A DNA stretch of 38,642 nt. Origin: an uncultured Bacteroidota bacterium. GTDB lineage: Bacteria > Bacteroidota > Bacteroidia > B-17B0 > Aurantibacillaceae. A model generated the notes under the pieces. The model worked only from the letters and a program-made list of their open reading frames with translations, made no database searches and was not told the origin of the DNA. Location of the stretch: the NCBI GenBank assembly GCA_937868565.1, contig CALMND010000522.1:1-38642 (forward strand), in the 5' to 3' direction. Shown in pieces: positions 1 through 8,415 of the stretch. The position numbers and the translations under genes were made by a program. Each line of letters opens with the position of its first letter. Positions within the stretch are counted from its first letter, which is position 1.

Positions 1-138
1 TTGTCGGGCTAATTGTTCTACGGTGTTTCCGTTATTTTTTGGCTGCTCAAATCCGACTTGAACTTGCGCATACAAAACGCTTTTCATGTGAAGCAGCAAA
101 AAAACAGTTACAATAGCTATACGTTTAGAAAAAACCAT
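1..138 (-). CDS. 5' part of a secreted protein, possibly a tetratricopeptide-repeat protein (runs off the window edge)
   Basis: Manual translation from ATG at 138 gives MVFSKRIAIVTVFLLLHMKSVLYAQ...TVEQLARQ, open to position 1. Signal-peptide-like N-terminus (LYA|Q). The TPR call rests only on the resemblance of 'EQLAxQ' to Bacteroidota TPR proteins. Confidence 0.55.
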   Translation of the reverse strand, partial: MVFSKRIAIVTVFLLLHMKSVLYAQVQVGFEQPKNNGNTVEQLARQ

Positions 139-281
139 AAGGTAATACAATAAAGATAGCGTCTTATTCCAGCATTTTAAAGTTGTTACTGGTTTTTTTC
201 GTTTTTTTCACAATTAGGTAAAAAGTCTTAAAGGATAGAATGAGCTGGATAAAGAATTCAATAATAATTTTGGAAAAAACT

Positions 282-689
282 TTAGTTATTAAATCCTAGG
301 AGGACTCGGCTTCCGTTTTGTTCGAATTTAATAAAGTCAGTAAGGTTTGACATTAAAAAAACGCCACGTCCGCTTACTTTATCCACATTACTAGGATCAG
401 TGGGGTCGGGTAAACTTGCCGGATCAAAGCCTTGACCTTCGTCTGTAACAGAAAAAACTAGTTTATTGTCGTCAGATTCAAACCCTATTTTCACAAACTT
501 TTCGGGATTATCTTTACTCCCGTGTATAATAGCGTTATTGACAGCTTCGGTTACCGCAATTAACATTTTACCATAACAATCTTCGTTCACATTATAGACT
601 TCACAAACATCATCAATTAAACGCTCAATCAACCTCAGATTTTGAGTGTTTGCGTTTATCTTCAAAGTTTGGTGTTTGGTAGGTATCAT
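282..689 (-). CDS. RsbW-like anti-sigma factor / HATPase_c_2 ATP-binding protein
   Basis: N-box EAVNNAIIHG, G1 DEGQGFD, G2 SGRGVFLM. ATGA overlap with the upstream gene's stop (686-689). Confidence 0.88.
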   Translation of the reverse strand: MIPTKHQTLKINANTQNLRLIERLIDDVCEVYNVNEDCYGKMLIAVTEAVNNAIIHGSKDNPEKFVKIGFESDDNKLVFSVTDEGQGFDPASLPDPTDPSNVDKVSGRGVFLMSNLTDFIKFEQNGSRVLLGFNN

Positions 690-3600
690 TTAATCATGCT
701 ATTGAAATAATTGTTTACGCGATCTTTGTAATAGGGTGTTAAACTTGGGGGTACCGTATTTAACAACTCCATTTCCTTTTCTTTTAGTCTTTTATACTCC
801 AAAAATTGATTAGGGTTGCTTAAATCTTGATTTTTGGCCTCATTACTTTTTCTTTGTTCATCCTGTTCCCTTTCGCGTTCTGCTTTCTCGCTTTCTAAAA
901 GGCGACTTAAAATTTCCTGCTGGCGCTTCATGGTTTCATTGCTAAGTTGCTTATTTACAAGCTCTTTCTCGGTTTCTTCCATCATATTAGCAATATCGCC
1001 ACCGGGGTTTTTCCCCTTATTTTTCATTTTGTCCATTAAAGCTTGCATCTGCCTTCTTAAAGCCTCCTGCTGAGCTGCCATTTTGGCAAACTGTTCACTG
1101 TTTCCTTGGCCATTATATCCGGGTAAACCACTTTGACCCGGTTTTTGGCCCTTTTTATCCCCCGGTTTTTCTCCAGGTTTTTGACCCTTACTCATGGCGT
1201 CCTTCATGTCTTGCAACTGTTTGTTAAGTTGTTCTTGCATTTTGCGCATGCTCATACCTGGGTTTCCCTGGTTGGATGGTTTTTTGCCTGAAGACGAGCC
1301 AGGGTTTTTGCACTTACCGCTCTTTTTACTTTTACTTTTACTTTTTTGCTTTTGTTTCATCTGCTGCTGTGCCTGTTCTAATGATTCATTTATTAATAAA
1401 GCCAATTTATTAACCGAGCTCATAGAAGATTGTGCCCTCATTTTGCTTTCACCCACATTTCTCTCGGCTAAGGCCTTTACGGTTTTATCCATGTTAGTGT
1501 GAATAGCGTTAATTTCACGATTTACAAGTGCACTTACCTGAGGAGACCTTTTACTAAGAGCTAAAAGACTATCCTCTATTAATTTGCTATCGTCCTTTAA
1601 TTTGTTTTGAGCTTTAGGTATTTCTACATATTGTGGGTTGTCTACCCTTACTTTATCCAAAGATTTTATCACCTCCTCTTGCGCAAAGGATAGATTAAGA
1701 AGATTTTCCAGAATCTGGCGCATAGTTTGGGCATTTTCTTCTTCCTGTTTGTCTTCCTCTTCTTCCATAGATTTTTCCAGTTCCTCTTTCATTTCCTCCA
1801 TTTTTTCTTCGGCCTCTTTTTGAGATTTAGCAGCTTCTTTTTTATTATTTTTACCTAATTGCTCGGAGCTTTTTTGCATGCTTTTGCTTACTTCATTTTG
1901 CTTTTGCTCATTTTCCGGCATTTTCATTGGCTCTTCCAACTCTTTATTTTTTTCATGTAAATCTTTCAAGTCCTTTTTTAAATCTTCAAACTGTTTGCTT
2001 ATTTCTTCCTGCTTTTTTTCAAGCTCTTTTGGATCGGCTTTTTTATCTGCTTTCTCGTCTTTCTTAGCCATGTCTTCTTTTTTCTGATTTGTGTCGGGGG
2101 GAGTTGAAACGTCTTTCTTATCTCCTTTTTCGTCAGGGTTTTTATTGTCTGGATTTTTCTCTCCTTTATCTTCCGCTTTTTTTTCCTCTGGTTTTTTTCC
2201 TTCCGTTTCCTTATTTAAATCATTTTCTTTCTTTTGCAATTCCTCTAATTTATCAATGGCATTTTGCATTTTTTGTTGAACCTCCAGTTGTTTGAACATT
2301 TCAAGATTACGGTCTAATTCCTTTTCAATGTCTTTATTCGTTAATTTTAATTCATCTAATTTCTCCTGTACCTGATTCTTATCCAACTTATCCAGCATTT
2401 TATTTAATTCGTCAAACAACTTTTTCATTTCAGGGGTCATAACGTTTTCAAACAACTGTTCCAATTGTTTTTGCTTTTCCATAATGCTCTCGTCGGTTTG
2501 GCTGAACTCGCTTTGCTGTTTGTTGTTTAACTGATTTTCTTGTTTTACTTCATTAATTTTATTTTGAAGTTCTTGTTGTTTTTTAATGAGGTCTTCTATT
2601 TTCTTTTTCTCCTCATAGCCTAATTGCTTCTTATCATTAACTTTTTTCGACAATTCATTTACATCTTTTTGAAGTTGTTTGGCTTTTTTAATGCTTTCTT
2701 CCAAATCTTTTTTGATTTCCGAATTGTTTTTTTCAGTGGATTGATTTATTTCATCTTTTGTGGGAGCCTTAAAAACCATCAACTGTGTTTTGGATGATTT
2801 GGCCCCATTCACCCCGTCATTATCAAAAACTTCAAAATAATACTCTACTTTATCGCCTGGTCCCAGTTCAAATTGTGAAGCGTCAAAAAAGTAAAAATAC
2901 GACTGACTGATATTTGTTTTGGAAAAAGAAACCGGAAAGCTGCCATTCGTTTCCACCAATTTGTTGTTTGAATCAGTTACAAACTTTTTATAGTGAAAAT
3001 TAAGCGCCGTGAAACCATAATCATCCTTTAACTGTCCGCTGAAATAAATACTCTTTGGATTTAAGCTGTCAGGTTTTTCGCTCACATTGATAGTAGGATA
3101 CTGATCTGGAATTACATTGATGTTGTAACTAACGGAATCAGGACTTAATAAAACAAATTTATTTAGTGCTTTAATGGTGTAATTGTTGCTATGAAGGAAT
3201 TTTCTTGAAAAACTAAATTGCGTTTCGGAATTTCTTGAAGGCACAGCAGCACTATCTGCAAACTGCATTCGTAACTCGTCGGTGTTTTTAGTGTTAAAAA
3301 CCCAGCTTACTTTCGTTCCTTGTGGCACCTGAATGTCGCCGGTGTTGGAGATGTTCTCATTTGGTTTATTAAGGTAAGAAGGATAGACAAGTTGAAGATT
3401 AAATTGCAAAAGGGAAGGCTTTGGAAGTACATTTAATTGGTATTCTTTTGATAAATAGCCCGCCGCACTTAGTTGAAATTTAGTAGAGCCCTGAACATTA
3501 GAAAATATATAATGAAAATTGACCTTGTCTTCTTTTTCCAATTTGTATTCAATACCATTCATCTCTATAAAGACCTCATTGGGTATTTGTGCTCCGGTAA

Positions 3601-4294
3601 TTTTAACTTCCAAATTGTAATCCTGGGTTTGAAGGGCTTCCAGGTTTTTATTTACGATATTAAATTGAAAAGGCATTTCTTTTTCGTAATAGGTTTGATA
3701 ATGCACCAGACGAGTTGCGCTTTTTGTGATAATCTGGGGCCAGATTATCGCAATGAGCGTGGTGATCAGTAAAAGAGGTAAAATATATTTGAGGTACTTT
3801 CTATTTTCATTCAAATCAATAGCCGTTGCAAAGGGCACCGGATTTAGATCATTTATTTTTTGATTGATGCCCGCCAAAAGCAAATCCTGTGAGCCACTGA
3901 GTAAACGGTTGTTTTGTAATTGCAACACGTTAAGTAATTTATCTTTTACATTTCCAAAATGGTTGCCTATGATAACCGCAGCCTGATCGTAAGAAATTAT
4001 TTCCCCTATTTTATTGAGTTTAAGGAGAGGGATGGCGATGTATTTAACCAAAACTATCACAGTCGCAGTCAGAAATCCGAAAAATAAAACCCCCCGGATA
4101 GCGGAATTAAACTCTCCAAAGTATTCCAGAGAAACCACCGTTAAAAAAGCAGCTAATAAAATGCCACTGGCATAGAGACAACCTTTTATTAACTGGTTTT
4201 TGTAGTACCGTCTGATGAACTCATCTAGTTTCTGAATTAGTATGTTATTCGGCTCCTTCAATCTTATTACTAAATAAGGTGATTTTTCGGCCAT
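686..4294 (-). CDS. DUF4175-like large membrane-anchored coiled-coil protein
   Basis: N-terminal TM segments, beta-rich middle with DDYG and DNDGVNGAKS motifs, long Q/E/K coiled-coil, C-terminal 'RLLESEKAEREREQDEQR...YYKDRVNNYF'. The start could be ATG 4294 or TTG 4261. Confidence 0.8.
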   Translation of the reverse strand: MAEKSPYLVIRLKEPNNILIQKLDEFIRRYYKNQLIKGCLYASGILLAAFLTVVSLEYFGEFNSAIRGVLFFGFLTATVIVLVKYIAIPLLKLNKIGEIISYDQAAVIIGNHFGNVKDKLLNVLQLQNNRLLSGSQDLLLAGINQKINDLNPVPFATAIDLNENRKYLKYILPLLLITTLIAIIWPQIITKSATRLVHYQTYYEKEMPFQFNIVNKNLEALQTQDYNLEVKITGAQIPNEVFIEMNGIEYKLEKEDKVNFHYIFSNVQGSTKFQLSAAGYLSKEYQLNVLPKPSLLQFNLQLVYPSYLNKPNENISNTGDIQVPQGTKVSWVFNTKNTDELRMQFADSAAVPSRNSETQFSFSRKFLHSNNYTIKALNKFVLLSPDSVSYNINVIPDQYPTINVSEKPDSLNPKSIYFSGQLKDDYGFTALNFHYKKFVTDSNNKLVETNGSFPVSFSKTNISQSYFYFFDASQFELGPGDKVEYYFEVFDNDGVNGAKSSKTQLMVFKAPTKDEINQSTEKNNSEIKKDLEESIKKAKQLQKDVNELSKKVNDKKQLGYEEKKKIEDLIKKQQELQNKINEVKQENQLNNKQQSEFSQTDESIMEKQKQLEQLFENVMTPEMKKLFDELNKMLDKLDKNQVQEKLDELKLTNKDIEKELDRNLEMFKQLEVQQKMQNAIDKLEELQKKENDLNKETEGKKPEEKKAEDKGEKNPDNKNPDEKGDKKDVSTPPDTNQKKEDMAKKDEKADKKADPKELEKKQEEISKQFEDLKKDLKDLHEKNKELEEPMKMPENEQKQNEVSKSMQKSSEQLGKNNKKEAAKSQKEAEEKMEEMKEELEKSMEEEEDKQEEENAQTMRQILENLLNLSFAQEEVIKSLDKVRVDNPQYVEIPKAQNKLKDDSKLIEDSLLALSKRSPQVSALVNREINAIHTNMDKTVKALAERNVGESKMRAQSSMSSVNKLALLINESLEQAQQQMKQKQKSKSKSKKSGKCKNPGSSSGKKPSNQGNPGMSMRKMQEQLNKQLQDMKDAMSKGQKPGEKPGDKKGQKPGQSGLPGYNGQGNSEQFAKMAAQQEALRRQMQALMDKMKNKGKNPGGDIANMMEETEKELVNKQLSNETMKRQQEILSRLLESEKAEREREQDEQRKSNEAKNQDLSNPNQFLEYKRLKEKEMELLNTVPPSLTPYYKDRVNNYFNSMIK

Positions 4295-4326
4295 ATTTCA
4301 TAAAACGCCATCAGCACCACCTCTTA

Positions 4327-4334
4327 CAAATATA
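4327..4334 (-). promoter_or_regulatory. Bacteroidota sigma-A -7 element (TATATTTG) for the DUF4175-like/RsbW-like operon
   Basis: Exact match to TAnnTTTG about 30 nt upstream of ATG 4294. Confidence 0.6.
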
Positions 4335-4582
4335 ACGAAGTATAGCCTGTAATAAAAGCCGGAAAGATGTTAAGAGTTCTAAAATTAAGGGATAAGTCCT
4401 AAAATTATTGATTTTACAAGCTGTTTGCTAGAGCCGACTATCGCTCCGAAGGGTTTCAGTCCTTCATGCAAGTATGTTGATATACAGGGCTCAATATTTG
4501 CCATTTATAAACGCAAAGTGCTAGCTTATAAACTAAAAGGCACCTTCCAAACAATAGAGCAGTTGAAGTATGCCACATAAGC

Positions 4583-4590
4583 TACATTTG
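4583..4590 (+). promoter_or_regulatory. Possible -7 element (TACATTTG) for the Asp-box lipoprotein
   Basis: Matches TAnnTTTG but lies about 150 nt from the likely start. Confidence 0.4.
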
Positions 4591-4738
4591 TTTAAGTGAT
4601 TCAGTAAGACTCTAGAGGAACTTGAAAACAAAAATTTAGCTAATAAATGAAAAATGAAAACGAAGGCAAAAGTGATTCACTAAAATTAATCCCTTCATCT
4701 TTAAAACGTAATTCATGAAAATCTTAAAAAATTCTAGT

Positions 4739-5983
4739 ATGAAAAGCAAAAAATTAGTCAGCCTTGTTCTTTTAATGTGCCTGGTTTTGTTAAGCACGTG
4801 CAAAAAGAAAACTGTAACCCAGCCTGAGCCTGAAGTTTCACCTTTGCCCACCATATCAACAAGCCCAATTACCTCCATTACAGAGGCTTCGGCAATTAGC
4901 GGTGGAGCCATTATTTCTGAAGGCACAAGCCCCATTATTTCCTCCGGCATATGCTGGGATACAATTCCTGCACCTGACCTAACAAGGGGTGCCTTATCGA
5001 AAACCACAGGCGGCACTAATTATACCTGTACCATTAGCGATTTAAAAGTCTATAAAAAATATTATGTAAGAGCCTTTGCTACGAATGGTAGTGGAACCTC
5101 TTTTGGTAATGAAATATCCTTTACCAGTTCTGACGTATGGACAAAGTTGGGGGCTCCATTGTCTCCTCTTCAAATCTATTCTATGAAAGCCAAAGGAAAT
5201 CAGGTATATATATGCAGTAGTAATGGATTGTTGTATTCTGCTGATGCAGGTGATACCTGGCAGAATGTTGGGTTCACGAATTCAGTCGTTAATTCAGTAG
5301 GCATAGGCGATAATGTGGTTTTTGCAGGCGTGAACAATCTTATTTACAAAAGCATGAATAATGGAACGAATTGGACATTATTAAGCACAAACATACCTAC
5401 AATTAGTGGTGTTACTGATTTTTTGATTAACAGTGATGAGGTTTATGCAAGTTTGTATGATGGTGTGTATTTCTCGTCAAATAAGGGGAATACCTGGTCA
5501 TATATTAATAATGGCTTAGCATCTGGCACTTATTATTTCAGGATTTCCAGAGTCGGATCTACTATTTTTTGCGCCGATGGATATAACCCAGTAATATATA
5601 AAACTATTGACAAAGGGCTTAATTGGAATAAATCCAGTGCTTATGTTAATGGTTATAGTGGTCAAATTTCTGATATGATATGTGTGGGCCCTAATATTTA
5701 TACGTCTTGTAGCGTTGGCTGTTTTGTTTCAAACAATGAGGGACAAAGTTGGTCGAAATCATTGGCCTTGGCTAATGCAGCTTGTCGTTTTTCAGTTTCA
5801 GATTCCACTGTTTTTTGTGCTTCTAGTTACGGTTGCAACATATCCTATAATAATGGGAAAAACTGGCATGTAATTACTAGAAATGGTCTTCCTAATCAAC
5901 AAATTAATAGTATTCTAATCACTCCAAAATATTTGTTTGTTTATTTTTTGCAATCATTTTCGGTGTATAGGCTTCGGCGTTAA
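4739..5983 (+). CDS. Lipoprotein with FN3-like N-terminal domain and BNR/Asp-box beta-propeller
   Basis: Lipobox-like LLSTC|KKK. FN3-like 'PTISTSPITSIT...YYVRAFATN...GNEISFTS'. Six Asp-box-like motifs (SADAGDTW, SMNNGTNW, SSNKGNTW, TIDKGLNW, SNNEGQSW, SYNNGKNW). The ORF track starts at 4715; ATG 4739 gives a better signal length. Confidence 0.8.
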   Translation: MKSKKLVSLVLLMCLVLLSTCKKKTVTQPEPEVSPLPTISTSPITSITEASAISGGAIISEGTSPIISSGICWDTIPAPDLTRGALSKTTGGTNYTCTISDLKVYKKYYVRAFATNGSGTSFGNEISFTSSDVWTKLGAPLSPLQIYSMKAKGNQVYICSSNGLLYSADAGDTWQNVGFTNSVVNSVGIGDNVVFAGVNNLIYKSMNNGTNWTLLSTNIPTISGVTDFLINSDEVYASLYDGVYFSSNKGNTWSYINNGLASGTYYFRISRVGSTIFCADGYNPVIYKTIDKGLNWNKSSAYVNGYSGQISDMICVGPNIYTSCSVGCFVSNNEGQSWSKSLALANAACRFSVSDSTVFCASSYGCNISYNNGKNWHVITRNGLPNQQINSILITPKYLFVYFLQSFSVYRLRR

Positions 5984-6098
5984 GTACATTCTATTTATTG
6001 CAGGAGCACTTACTTGCTATGAATTCTAAAATAGCCCATTTAAATTAATTCCAAGCAAATATTTTTTGCGAAAACGAGTGCATTTCTAAAATTTGCAT

Positions 6099-6899
6099 CT
6101 ATTGCGCTTTTACAACAACTACCGAATCCCTATACCCTAAATAAAGATTTCTATCAATGAATTTTGCGTGAACGTTTGCCTCTGAGTTATTCAGGTTTTT
6201 ACACACTTCATCAAAAGTTTTATAATTATAGCTGCAAAAAACACTATCCCTTTGGTAATAAATTAGTGTTTCATTTACCTGAAATTGTTTGAGATTTTTA
6301 ATAGAAATAACTTTACTAAAGGCTCCGAAAATATCAAACACGTATATACCGTTATCCGGACAGGTTAAAAAGAGATAACCGTTATGTTCTAACATAAAGG
6401 TGGGTGTTAAATTGGTTTGAAGAATCTGTTTTAAATTTCCTGTGGAGCTTATTTTTTTTGAGTTTTCGTTAAAGCGGATGAGCTCATTGTTTTGTTTATT
6501 ATAAATCCAGAAACTGTTATTGGCACTGGCGCATACCAAATCGGTTTGTTCGTAACCCAATTTTTCCAAAGAAACATTTTCGCTGTTTACCGAAAGTTGA
6601 TTATCCAAAAAAACAATTTGTTGAAAGTCGCGGTAATACAACACCAATTTCAATGGATTTGTAGCATCCAGACTAGTGATGTTTCCGAGTTTTAAATTAC
6701 TATATCTGGCAAAAAACTTACCGGAAGGTAAAAACTTCATCAGCTCGTCTTCTTTAATTGTATATATATTCCCAATATTGTCTGCGTTAAAAAAATCAGA
6801 CTTTACTTTTATCACCAGATGTTTTGGTTTCTCCTGCTTTGTGAAAGACAGAAAAATCAACGCGACCGCTAAAAAGATAACTATTTTTTTCTGTTTCAA
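6099..6899 (-). CDS. Hypothetical secreted protein, probably beta-propeller-like
   Basis: 266 aa, signal peptide, beta-rich 'NPLKLVLYYRDFQQIVFLDNQLS'. TTG start 1 nt after the GH3 stop. Confidence 0.75.
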   Translation of the reverse strand: MKQKKIVIFLAVALIFLSFTKQEKPKHLVIKVKSDFFNADNIGNIYTIKEDELMKFLPSGKFFARYSNLKLGNITSLDATNPLKLVLYYRDFQQIVFLDNQLSVNSENVSLEKLGYEQTDLVCASANNSFWIYNKQNNELIRFNENSKKISSTGNLKQILQTNLTPTFMLEHNGYLFLTCPDNGIYVFDIFGAFSKVISIKNLKQFQVNETLIYYQRDSVFCSYNYKTFDEVCKNLNNSEANVHAKFIDRNLYLGYRDSVVVVKAQ

Positions 6900-6900
6900 A

Positions 6901-8415
6901 TTACTGGATATTCAGTTTGATTATCTCTTCCAAAATTTCTCTTCCGTTACTTAAACGTGGTACTTTAAACTGCCCGCCAATTTTTTTATTTGCTTTGAGC
7001 CAATTGTAAAAACTTCCTTTCGGCATTTTTCTGACTCGTGGAAAATGTAAAACAAAGTTATTATATCTTTTGGCTTCGTAGTCGCTGTTTTGTTTTTTTA
7101 GCTCTTCATCGAGCACAGCCACAAAAAACTCGAAATTATTTGGTTCCTTTTCAAACTCAATCAACCATTCGTGGGCGCCGGCGTTATCGCTCATAAATAC
7201 CGGGGCTACCGTGTATTCCTTTACCATCGCATGCGTTTTATCACAGGCCAGAGCAATGGCAGCTTCTGCATTGTGTACCATCAATTCTTCACCAAAAACA
7301 TTGATATATTGTTTGGTGCGCCCCGAAATTTTAAAACGGTAAGGGTTTGTTCCGGTAAACTGAATCACATCTCCCAGCTCGTAACGCCACAAACCGGCGT
7401 TGGTTGTTATAATCAAAGCATAATCCGTTCCAATTTTCACTCCTTCCAAATTTACAATGCGGGAATAATTACCAGTTGCATAATCTTTCAGCTCCATAAA
7501 CTCATAAAAAATTCCATAGTCTAGCATCAATAACATTTCGTCACTTTTTAATTGGTCCTGAATTCCAAAAAAACCTTCCGAAGCGCTGTACATTTGCATG
7601 TAATTGATTTTGTCATTATCAAAAATAGTTTTGAATTGTTCGCGATAAGGTGAGAAATTAACACCTCCGTGAAAATAAACTTCGAGATTGGGCCACACTT
7701 CTTTTATTGAATTTACTTTTTTCTTTTCAAGAATGCGTTTTAAGAGAACCAGCATCCAGCTGGGAACCCCTGCTAAACTAGTCACATTTTCATCCATCAT
7801 ACTCAAAGCCATCTGCTCTAGTTTATTTTCCCATTCATCCATTAGGGCGATGTTCAGATCCGGCGCTCTGAAAAATTCGGCCCACATGGGTAAATTGTGA
7901 ATGATGATGGCGCTCACATCTCCGTGAAACGAATAATGGTCGCCAAAATTATCTTCTTTAAAACTTCCACCCAATGCTAAATTCTTTCCAGTAAACAATT
8001 GGGTTTCAGAATTATTATAACAATGCAGAGTTACCATATCTCTGCCGGCGTTGTAATGACAGCCATCGAGGCTCTCCTGACTTACGGGCAAAAATTTGCT
8101 TTTATCAGTAGTGCCGCTGCTTTTGGCAAACCATTTCATTTCCGAATGCCATAATAAATTTTGCTCTCCCCGTCGCGTTCTTTCTATCCAAGGTTTCAAA
8201 CTTTCGTAATTACTTATGGGAATGTTCTTTTGAAACTTATGGTAGTCCGTTACATCATTAAATCTATTTGCCAAACCGTATTCCGTTTGACTTGCATCTT
8301 TCACCAAACTCATCATCCATTCACGTTGAACCTCGTTGGGATATTTAATAAATAGTTCGATTTGGTGCATGCGCTTTTTCATCAACCAACTGGCTATAGA
8401 GTTAAGAATAGGCAT
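6901..8415 (-). CDS. GH3 auxin-responsive promoter family protein (acyl-adenylate-forming fold)
   Basis: Motifs AKSSGTT, YSASEGFFG, GLWRYELGD, GGQFKVPRL. Confidence 0.92.
   Translation of the reverse strand: MPILNSIASWLMKKRMHQIELFIKYPNEVQREWMMSLVKDASQTEYGLANRFNDVTDYHKFQKNIPISNYESLKPWIERTRRGEQNLLWHSEMKWFAKSSGTTDKSKFLPVSQESLDGCHYNAGRDMVTLHCYNNSETQLFTGKNLALGGSFKEDNFGDHYSFHGDVSAIIIHNLPMWAEFFRAPDLNIALMDEWENKLEQMALSMMDENVTSLAGVPSWMLVLLKRILEKKKVNSIKEVWPNLEVYFHGGVNFSPYREQFKTIFDNDKINYMQMYSASEGFFGIQDQLKSDEMLLMLDYGIFYEFMELKDYATGNYSRIVNLEGVKIGTDYALIITTNAGLWRYELGDVIQFTGTNPYRFKISGRTKQYINVFGEELMVHNAEAAIALACDKTHAMVKEYTVAPVFMSDNAGAHEWLIEFEKEPNNFEFFVAVLDEELKKQNSDYEAKRYNNFVLHFPRVRKMPKGSFYNWLKANKKIGGQFKVPRLSNGREILEEIIKLNIQ

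Noticed and set aside
1100-2220. Short quasi-repeats in the DUF4175-like gene (KSKSKSKK, GQKPGEKPGDKKGQKPG, KNPDNKNPD)
   Set aside because: Protein-level low-complexity linkers; no regular repeat-spacer array.
834-2295. Cluster of plus-strand ORFs (61-102 aa) rich in S/F/L/C
   Set aside because: Antisense shadows of the low-complexity K/E/Q coiled-coil of the DUF4175-like gene.
4400-4490. ATTGATTTT / GTTGATAT motifs resembling IHF or att-like sites
   Set aside because: Imperfect matches in AT-rich DNA, with no integrase or tRNA nearby.
4636-5016. 126-aa minus-strand ORF
   Set aside because: Antisense to the well-supported lipoprotein; no recognisable motifs.
4739-5983. Possible diversity-generating retroelement target
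   Set aside because: No reverse transcriptase, template repeat or CLec-type C-terminal domain seen in the window.
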